Source: Neoconidiobolus thromboides FSU 785 (lineage: Eukaryota; Fungi; Entomophthoromycota). From it: a DNA stretch of 64,000 nt. The stretch is from the NCBI GenBank assembly GCA_025603075.1, contig MU626273.1:62001-126000 (forward strand), given 5' to 3'. Made by a program: the position numbers and the translations under genes. Below the pieces are notes generated by a model that was not told the origin of the DNA, ran no database searches, and worked only from the letters and a program-made list of their open reading frames with translations. Of the stretch, positions 52,639 to 62,500 are shown piece after piece; position 1 is the stretch's first letter; the number at the start of each line of letters is the position of its first letter.

Positions 52639-52736
52639 GGGGATGGATTTTTGTGTTTAAGAATTTTACTAACAACTTTTCCGTTCAAATAGTGCTTAAA
52701 AGATGGAAAAAGTAATGAAGCTAAAAAAACACCCCC
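52639..52736 (+). mobile_element. MITE family 1 copy 22 (TSD ATTT/ATTT)
   Basis: Full copy. Confidence 0.92.
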
Positions 52737-53519
52737 ATTTGTACACCCAATATAGTATATTTTTAAATTACATTAGCACTCCAGTTGGGTGTTCACATAT
52801 TTTCAAAGTTTTTAAAAAACATAGATCAGGGGTCATAGTAAAACATCTTTGTTATTAATTTACACTTAATCTTTTTTGTTTGAACATAAAAAAAGCTATA
52901 CCTTTTAAATTTATAAAAAATGACATGTAAACTACACATAACAAGAGATATTTAATTGCAGTATATTTTAGTTAAAGTGTATATTTTAAAACATTCATTT
53001 TATTGAATTGAAGAAATAAAGTTACGAAGATGACAACTCGTATTATATTATAAGTTGTTACTTTTTATACACTTAAAAAGAATTGTTTCTATAGTAATTT
53101 ACTAACAAATACAACAGAAAGAAAAAGGTAATTGAGATAAAAATAAACTATTATTTTTACATGTTTATTTAAAAATTAAACTAACACCAATCGTAATAAA
53201 GGACTTTATTTTTATAACAATCATATTAATTTCTATATTTAAAAATAGTCATTAAATTTTTCTTTTAAAAATAGAATCATCTACATTGAATTTAGTAAAA
53301 ATTAATAAAAATGAGTTATTTTTCAATAATCTATATAAATTCAAACTACTTTACTGTAGAATTTTAAATGTTGATCCTAAAATTATGAAAATCTATAAAT
53401 CACATTAATTAGTTATTAGCCCCAAGATATTAATATATAAACAAACAATATTATTATAGTTATTAAATTTTAAAGAGCATTTTAACTTTGAAAGTTAATA
53501 TATAGTTAATAAATAGAAA

Positions 53520-54938
53520 ATGAAGTGGACTTTGTTAACCTGGGTCATTGGTACTTTATGTATTAATACAATGAATGGACAAGGATGTGCCAATCCAGTG
53601 ATACGTAAGGAAATTCGAGAATTAAGCCAAAATGAATTAACCAGCTATGTTAATGCAGTGCGTAAGTTACATAACACTTATCAACCCCAAAGTCCTTTAA
53701 GTGATTTTGAAATGCTATCGAAATTACATGATAATTCTAATAACTATATTCATCATGATCCTTCTTTTTTACCATGGCATCGAGAATTTTTATTTCAATA
53801 TGAAACTAAACTAAGATTAATTGATCCGACTATTGTATTACCTTATTGGGATTGGACCTTGGATTATGAATTTCCACATGAATCCGTTGTATTATCAAAG
53901 TATATAATGGGTTCTAATGGAGATCTTAATAATGATAATTGTTTATCAAATGGTCCATTTGCAAATACTGTTTTAAATTATGCTAGTGATCAAGATCCTC
54001 ATTGTTTAAGAAGAAGCTATAATGCTGGACAAAATATCACTGCTTTTATGCCACCCGAAGTATTTATTACTTTAACAAATGAACCGAAGTTCTCATATTT
54101 CTCCTTTTCATTAGAAGTCTTTCATGGTTATCCCCATGATGGTATTGGTGGTGACTATGGTGATTTTAGTACTATGTATTCTCCTTCAGATCCCTTATTT
54201 TATTTACATCATGGCTTTATTGATATGTTATTTAGTAAATGGCAACTTAAAACCAATAATACCTTAATTTATGAAGGTGAACGTTATAAAAAGAGTAGAG
54301 CTATAACGGATAAATTGAAAAACTTCAATTCTACAATAAAAGATGCATGGGATACTAAAAATACCCGATATTGTTATGATTATCCAAGTTATCCAAGAGC
54401 TATACCAAGTCCAAGTTATACTCAAATTAGTATGAATTCAAATTCATTACCTAAAAAAGAAAAGAATCATAGCAATTATAAATTTATGGAAAATATATAT
54501 GATGCCATTGATAATACCGAGAATATTGTAAGAGATACTGCCGATGATGTTAAAGATAAAGCTAATAAGAGGAAGAACCGATTTAATAAAGCAGCATCTA
54601 AACTAAGTGGAAAAAAACAAGCCCATTTAGGCAACTTATTAAAAACGAATCCCTTCTTTAATCAAAATGAAAATGAAGCTGATGATACAGAAAGCAAAAC
54701 ATTGGTCGATCTTACTAAACATTTAAATAAAAAACATGGTAAAGGTAGAAGAGCTAGAAAGGAAGTTCGTAAAGCTAAAAGAATTTCAAGTAAATGGGTA
54801 TCTAAAAATAAATTTAGTGAAGAAGAAGTTAATGAAATTCATACCTCCGCTATTAACCTTATTGATTCTTTAAATTCGATTCAAGATTTTGTTTCAATTG
54901 CTGATGCTGCAAAAGATGCTAACAATATTATAGAATAA
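53520..54938 (+). CDS. Secreted tyrosinase / type-3 di-copper protein
   Basis: Signal peptide; CuA KLH..YIHH...PWHR; CuB FHGYPH...SDPLFYLHH. Confidence 0.93.
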   Translation: MKWTLLTWVIGTLCINTMNGQGCANPVIRKEIRELSQNELTSYVNAVRKLHNTYQPQSPLSDFEMLSKLHDNSNNYIHHDPSFLPWHREFLFQYETKLRLIDPTIVLPYWDWTLDYEFPHESVVLSKYIMGSNGDLNNDNCLSNGPFANTVLNYASDQDPHCLRRSYNAGQNITAFMPPEVFITLTNEPKFSYFSFSLEVFHGYPHDGIGGDYGDFSTMYSPSDPLFYLHHGFIDMLFSKWQLKTNNTLIYEGERYKKSRAITDKLKNFNSTIKDAWDTKNTRYCYDYPSYPRAIPSPSYTQISMNSNSLPKKEKNHSNYKFMENIYDAIDNTENIVRDTADDVKDKANKRKNRFNKAASKLSGKKQAHLGNLLKTNPFFNQNENEADDTESKTLVDLTKHLNKKHGKGRRARKEVRKAKRISSKWVSKNKFSEEEVNEIHTSAINLIDSLNSIQDFVSIADAAKDANNIIE

Positions 54939-55076
54939 ATATATGTTAGAATATTCAATAATGATAAGTTAATTGATATTGAAATATTTATTATTAAATG
55001 AATCAAAATATAGTTTGTATAAAAAATTGTATAAATATTTAATAATGTTTAATAAACATCAATTTATTTCAATTAA

Positions 55077-56128
55077 TTAGAACTCAATTTTTAAACTAAA
55101 AGTGCTTTAATTTTTTCCTATAAAAAAATAAGTTAATAGAAATTCAATAGAAAAAAATTCAAAATGTTACCATAAAAACAAAGGTCAAAATAGTATGTGG
55201 GCCAATTCGAAAATAATGAGCAGTGAAACCTTTAAATAAACCATAAACTCCTTCTTTTTGAAGAATTTGTAAAAAACATTGAGAAATAGAAGAATATCTC
55301 AAAGGTAAATTAGTAACTGGATCTCTAGGCTGAGAATAAGTTCTAGTAGTTACAACATCAAATGGATTCATTGCACAACAAACTAAGAAGCCTGAAATTA
55401 ATGAAGAATAAATATGTAAGCTAGTGCTCTCTTGAAAATTAAAATGAATTTTTAATTGATTTTTGGCTAAATCATAGGTAGGTAATTGAACCCCTGAACC
55501 TACCGAAGTTCTTAATGCAGCTGCATTATTCCCTCGATATAATCCTTTAAATCCTTCTTTTTTATAAATTATATTCAATGCATCCCATGTATTTTTATAA
55601 TGATATTTTGTCCCAATTTGTGGTATATTTCCTCTAGATATAGATTGTAATCGAGTTTTGACTAAAAATAATGGGGAGCCTAGAGCAGCTCCAATAGCTC
55701 CAGATAATGAAGCTGATAGGATTGGAGTTAAAAAATTATCTTTAGGTAAATTATTTTTTAATAAATCATAGCCACCAAAACGTACCCCATTCATTATTAA
55801 TTGATAACCGTAAGCTGCTCCTAATCCACTTTGTAAACCTTTAATACCTTCTTCTTTATAAATTAGTGAAAAACTTTGGAACAGATTTTTATAAGGTCGA
55901 ATTTTCGTTTCACTACGCTTTAATAATTCACCTTGTAAATGTAAACGTGTTTTAACTACCTAGAACCAATGACTTAGTTTTATTATTATTATTGATTAAA
56001 TAACTACTTACTTCAAACGGGTTTGTAAAAGTCACTGCCATACATGCTCCTATTCCACCAGCAAAAAAATGAGTTAATTTTTTACTTATTAAACTTTCAG
56101 TTCGTTCGAATTTGATTTCTTTACTCAT
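55077..56128 (-). CDS. OAC1: Mitochondrial oxaloacetate carrier, 2 introns
   Basis: Carrier motifs TNPFEVVKTR, GSPLFLVKTRLQ and MNPFDVVTTR; YQLIMNGVRFG, VGSGVQL and YFRIGPHTILT. Last exon EKIKSTFSLKIEF*. Confidence 0.88.
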
Positions 56129-56680
56129 TTCTCTTTATTTTTTTATAGTAAAAGAAATAGAAAGGAAAGGAAAGGGAAGGAAGCGAGTTTTATTAATGTT
56201 AATATCTAATTTTATTATAAAATAAAAGCGAATAAGTCCTATTTTTTTATTTTTTTATACATTTTGTAATAATTTAAGTAATGTTTTAAATTTTAATCTT
56301 AACCAATTATCCTAATTTGATAATTGATTTTTCAAATTCAATTTTCTTTTATTGGCTTAATAAAATTAAGACTATTTTGCTCTAGAATTTAGAAAATAAA
56401 AGTTAAAACGTAACAAATAAAAGTGTTTAATAAAATCTACAAACTAATACCTAATTGAATATAGTAAATTAAAATAAATATAAATAAAACTTATTTTATT
56501 CTTGAAAAATAAAAAGTATAATTTAGCTTCATTTTTTTGCTGAAGAAATTCTAATATCAATTTCTTCCTTTAATGCCACTTAAAAAAATAGTTCCCTAAT
56601 GTCACTTTAAAAAATAACTTTATTACATTCTTGAAGTAAATTAGTTATAAATTCAATATCATAAATAAAATCTTAACATC

Positions 56681-59097
56681 TTATTCAATATCATTTGTAT
56701 TCTCTTCAATCTTAATATCAATTATATCTTCTTCCGTATCAATACCTTCTATTTCATCAAATTCAAATTTATTAATATGAGTATTAACATATTCTTCAAT
56801 AAATTGAGGACCATTAATAAATACTTGACTTGATTCTTTTAAATGCTGTTCTTTCCAATTTTGCAATTCATTAATAGCTTCTTTTTTAATCATACCAAAT
56901 CTAGAATCTAATAATAAAATTAATATCAAGATTGATATTTAATATTTCTATTTCAATAAAAATAATAATTAATTTGAAAAAAAATTACCTAAAAAGAATT
57001 CATAAATCACATTTTTGCTTACATTTTTTCTTTCTAATTCTTGATAATGTAATTTAATTAATTCGATTGCTTTTCTACCTGAAGTTTGTAATCTTTTAAT
57101 TAGTAAATCTCGATAAGTATTTTTTAGTTGTTTATATTTAACATAATCTTTAGTATCTTTTTTAGTTAATACCCAATGATTCTCTGTTAAATCTTGAGCT
57201 GAATCTGCTCTTCTTGGTTTTAAATAAGTACTTGTATCTTGAATATTATATTCTGCATCTATTCCTTTTGGATAAGATAAATTACTACTACCATCAAACA
57301 TTGTTTTTGTTCGAATTAATTGAATTAAATTTAATTCTTCTTTATTTAATTTAATATTGGGTGCTATTTGATTATTATTTTCATCTCGATTACTTTGGTC
57401 TAATTTCATAGTCTTTCTCGGTGGTGAGTTGGTTATTTTACTTGCATAATTATCTCCATCAATATCTCCAATAGCTAAATATTCTAATCGAATTTCTAAT
57501 GCTGTTCTTTCATTTTTTTCCCCTAAATTTAATATCCCACTATTAAATGTATTGATAATTTCATTATTATCTATTAATTAATTAAATTAAATTAAATTAA
57601 ATTAATTATTATTGTTAAATTTTACTTGATTTATCTACTTGAAGCCGAGATATTACTTGCATTTGCCAACTCTAAAAAAATCATTAAATAAACTTAAACT
57701 TTAAAATTAAATCAAATTAAATTTACTTCAATTAAATCTATTTTAGACTCTTCATCCAGTATTGTAGACTAATATTAGTTATAACATTAATTTATAAAAT
57801 CAAACTTTATCAAATAATATTACCTTATTATAGATTTTATTTAAACTACTTAATAATACATCTGGTATCTTATATTTGCCTAAAGTAGAAATAAAAATAA
57901 AAATAAAAATTACATTCAATTGAATAATATTAAAATTAAATAAAAATTACACTTAAACGGTATATATTTTAATGGTATATTATTATATTCCAAATCTAAT
58001 ACCTAAAAACATATCAATAATAAGTAAATAAATAAATAAAATAAATAAATAAATAAATTACTAAATTTTCTGGGTGTTCTAAATTAGCTAATTCTTCACA
58101 TCTTCTATAAACTAAAGAAACTTCAGCACCCATTAATTGATCTTTTAATCTTCTTTTGGATTGAATATGCATTGGAATAATTTTATACTTTCCATTAACT
58201 CTTCTAAAGATAGGATCTGGATTAACTTCCGTATTAGTTAAACAAAGTGGCCCACCAGTAGGATTTGAAAAAGTATGATGATATCTTTGAGTATATTCAT
58301 TTTGTCTTAACTGCATTGCAGGTGCAATAGTAATTAAATTTAATGCCTCTAAAGCTTCCATCAAATTTTTATATCTTATTAAACCATCATTATAATGTAC
58401 CATTAGTTTTGGTGACAAATATGGTTTCATTAGAACTCCTCTTAAAAATACTTCTTCTGAAGCAGCAAAACTAATTAATTTTTAAATAATTAATATTATC
58501 AATATTATTGTTATTCTATTATGAAACTTACTTTAATTTACGATCAAAAGCTAACGAAAATTGTAAAAAAAATTCATCATGTTCGGTACCAATCCCATTT
58601 GCTAACATAAAAGCAAATAAATTGGTTGGATCAATTAAATATTTGGAATAAGTTAGAAAGATCCTTAATGTTTCATGTAATGCCCTAACACTAGCTCTGG
58701 TATCATTAACTATATAATTGATCCCTTTTTCTAAATTTAATATAAATTCTTTGGGCCTTGTAGTACCCAAGGGATAATATTCATTAACAAAATCAACATA
58801 ATCACTAAATATTTTAATGGGATTAAATGTAGTTGAACGTATATTTTTATATGATTCATTAAATTTTCCCAAATGTCGTTGATATAATTGAGTTAATAAA
58901 TCGGGATTCTTCCAAGCTTCTTTCGACTTATCAGTTTGATATCCTTGTTCACCAAAAGTGATTAAAATTCGAGTAAATTCCGTATTACGTTCAGAAAACG
59001 ATTCGTCTTCCAGTTCAACTTCTTCTTCTTCTTCTTTATTGGGACTTTTAAGTCGTGATATCTCCTCATCGTTATATTCTCTTAAATATTCGCTCAT
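56681..59097 (-). CDS. Mad3/Bub1 N-terminal TPR-domain protein, multi-exon, no kinase seen
   Basis: NPIKIFSDYVDFVNEYYPLG, LRIFLTYS, LFAFMLANGIG, FFLQFS and ASEEVFLRGV follow the Mad3_BUB1_I pattern. The 3' exon structure is tentative. Confidence 0.68.
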
Positions 59098-59532
59098 TTA
59101 AATAAGTTGTTTAATTTTATAAAAATATTAATGACTAAATTCTTTTTTGTTCCTTTTCTTTTATCAGGTTTTCAAAAAATAGATACTCAGTTTTGATTGG
59201 TCCATTTTATTCATTTAGAATTATTTATTCAAATAACCCTTATAAATTTAATCCCCCTTTTTTTTGAGGATTTTGATGTTTTTACTTCCAATGTCAATAA
59301 GTAATTGCCTACTCTAATTACTATTACTTTTGTCAGTTCTTAATGATATTTTAATTATATTTAAAATTACTGATTTTTAACTTTGTACATATTCCGAAAA
59401 AAATATAGTTTACTAAAATATAAGAACAGAAAAAAATGAACTTAAAAAAATAAAATAAAATAAAATGAATAAAAATAAAAAACATTCATTTAAAAAATAA
59501 ACTGATTTAATAACAAAATAAAATCCTAAAAA

Positions 59533-62500
59533 TTATCCTCCAACTCTTCTATCTTCAATAATAGCATCAATAGCATTTGAAATAAATTCTTTCATGTTTG
59601 TTAAATCCAACTGTGGATTTTTATTTTGTAATATTTCTCTTATTTGTTTTTTACTAACTTTCATAAGATCCACTGAATCTAATATAACTACTAATTCATT
59701 ATATAAATAATCTTCAACATTGGCTTCATTATTAGTATTAATGGTGTTACTATTATAACCTAATGTTGACATCGGATAAGGTGAATAAGGTAATTGTTGT
59801 TCATGATGATACAATTGAGATTCTCTAGCTTGCATTTGATGTTGAAAAGAGATAGTTGAATCTCTAGTAAACATATCATTTTGTGGATAATGAATATTTT
59901 GATTTAATGGGGGAGGCTGACTCAAAGAGATAGTAGAATCTCTTATAAATTGATCATGAGGGAAATGTTGAGGAATTGGAAGTTGATTAGAATAAACAGT
60001 TTGATTTTCCCAAATTAATTGTTCATGTTCACTCCATTTAATATAAGGTATTGAATTAGGGTCAAATGTTTCCTCTTCTTCATTAATGATTTGTTTTTTA
60101 CCATCATCTCCTAAAACGACCCTTGTATTACCCCATGAAAAATCATCAAAATGCCAAAAGGAATAAATAGGTATATAGAAATTAAATAAGCCCATGCCTA
60201 ATAAATAAAATACCATCCACCCAATATGTTGCCATTGTTGTTTAATTATAAAGATTAATGCTTGTAAAATATAAGCTGAACACATTATAATTATAGAATA
60301 AGTTGATATATATTGAAATCCAGTAGCTGCTGCAACAATTATATAAATCAAGTAAATAACTGTTGCTGGTAAAATTAAAGTACCCACCAAATCTAAAAAC
60401 ACTACAAATCGCATTGAAAAACAACAAAAACCACACATCTCATTTAAAAATACTAATTCAAATAAATTATGAATAGTTGAATTAATCCATCTTCTTCTTT
60501 GACTTAATAAAACTTCAAATCTTTCTGGTGCTACTGTTTTACATTGAGCATCTGGTGTATATTTCATTTTATAAGTTGGAAAATGTTTCAACATTAATGT
60601 AGTTAAATATCGATCTTCACCTAAATGTAACAAATTTTTCTTATGTAAAGTATCGACTATATTTTCTGAATAATCTTTAATTACTTGATTACTAATAATC
60701 AATGGTTGATTACGTCCTGTTTTAATACGATACATACAAAAACATCCTGGTAAACAAGTTACAGCACCAAATAAAGATTCAAATGCTTTAGCTAAATTAT
60801 GAGATATATAGTATTCATAAACTTGCATCATAGTTGTAATTGATTGATTTTCATTTGATAAACAAGTTTCTCCACATAATCCAATCACTTTTGCATCTCT
60901 TGTCATGACTGCAATTAATCGTGTTAATGAATCTTGCATAACCTCAGTATCGGCATCCACCATTAACACATATTCATAAAGAGAAGGATCTACTCCAATA
61001 ACGTTTTTTAATTGGTGATAAATTTCTAAATCCAAGGGTGTCATTGGTGCATCAAAATGAACTCGATTTAAAAAATTCATTAATAAAATTTGACTGTCCC
61101 TTTTTCCTCTATTACCAGGTCGATTACGTTCACTTGGTTTACCTACTTTAGCAACAACAATATATGGTACAGAGCGTCCTTCTACCATATATAAACCAGA
61201 ATATACTTTAGCATAATTTAATTGTTTACTACCATCTCCAATAGCTTTATAACAAAAAGGTTCAGGGTCTAATGAAGGATCGACGCCTAATACATCTACT
61301 ACTATCTTTGGTGTGGGTTTATCATTACCAGAACCAATAATCATACCATCTGCAATTACAAAAATTAATTTATGTTTATCATCATAATTTAGTAACGCTA
61401 ATGATTCTAATGTTCTACGAATTGAATCCTCTCCTTCTGTATAACAAGGTACTTGACATATAACAAATTTATCATAATCCATTGGTTCTCTTTTACTGGA
61501 TAATTGTAATGCAGCTAAAAATTTAACTAATGTAACTAAGAGAATAATACCAGAACTGACTAATAATAAAATATTAGTTAATTGACAACGAACTGAAGAT
61601 CTTGGATCTAATTTTCCAACATAAAATGCACGATCTAAACAACTCATTACTTTCTTTTTTTCACTATCACTTAAACCTGATTTAGTATTAAATAATGTAG
61701 TTAAATCGGCATCTTTTGCAGGTGAATCATTATTAAAAATTTGAGCAATGGTATTAGGTAAAAAATCGGCTTTTGGAGCTCCAGGAACTTGAGTTTGAAA
61801 TTGAGGTTCATTAATTGTTTGAATATAGGGTGTTAAATCATAAACCTTATTATTGATAGCACCCCATTGTTTATAACCTGCTTTACGATAATCTGATAGG
61901 GTTTTAAAATCAAAAGCTACTTCCCCTTTTTTTAAATTTTTTAATTGTGGTAATGCTTTACTATAAAACCAGTTGGGATCTTTTAATGATGTTGCTGGAT
62001 ATTGAGTTAATGGTCCAGAATCATGTACAAAATATTGAGATGTCAATGTATCATCGGACGTATTTGTCCATAATTTAAAGCCACTATCTGTAACATAATC
62101 AGGACAAGCTATATATAAAGGTACCGGAAAACTTGAAGTAACATCTTGTCCACCAAATTGATACATAGTATCTGGATCCACACCAGCTGGATTGATTGAT
62201 TTTCCATGTCGTTGTTGTGCAAAATTCGTTATATCATAAACAACACCGTACATATAAACACCTAAATCATCAGGACCTTGTAATGTTTTAATCTCTTCTG
62301 GTAACCATACTTTATCTGGGGGACATAAAATTAAACCTAAACCTATATTCACAAATAATATCACAATCCAAGACCATACAATAAGTACACAAATAGCTAC
62401 TTTTTCTCGCCATGCCATTTGGACATCCGGTCGATCCATTCGTCGTCGTATACAACAAGTGGGTATCCACCAAGTCATTAACCATGTAACCCTTAACCAT

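Noticed and set aside
42185-52736. MITE-mediated unequal crossover as the origin of the ATPase tandem (same-orientation copies at 42185, 46916, 52639)
   Set aside because: The ATPase C-termini and flanks look more diverged than the MITE copies, and each copy keeps its own matching TSD, which fits later independent insertions.
1491-54938. Melanin or secondary-metabolite cluster suggested by two tyrosinases
   Set aside because: They are 50 kb apart, separated by housekeeping genes, and no PKS, NRPS or tailoring genes are present.
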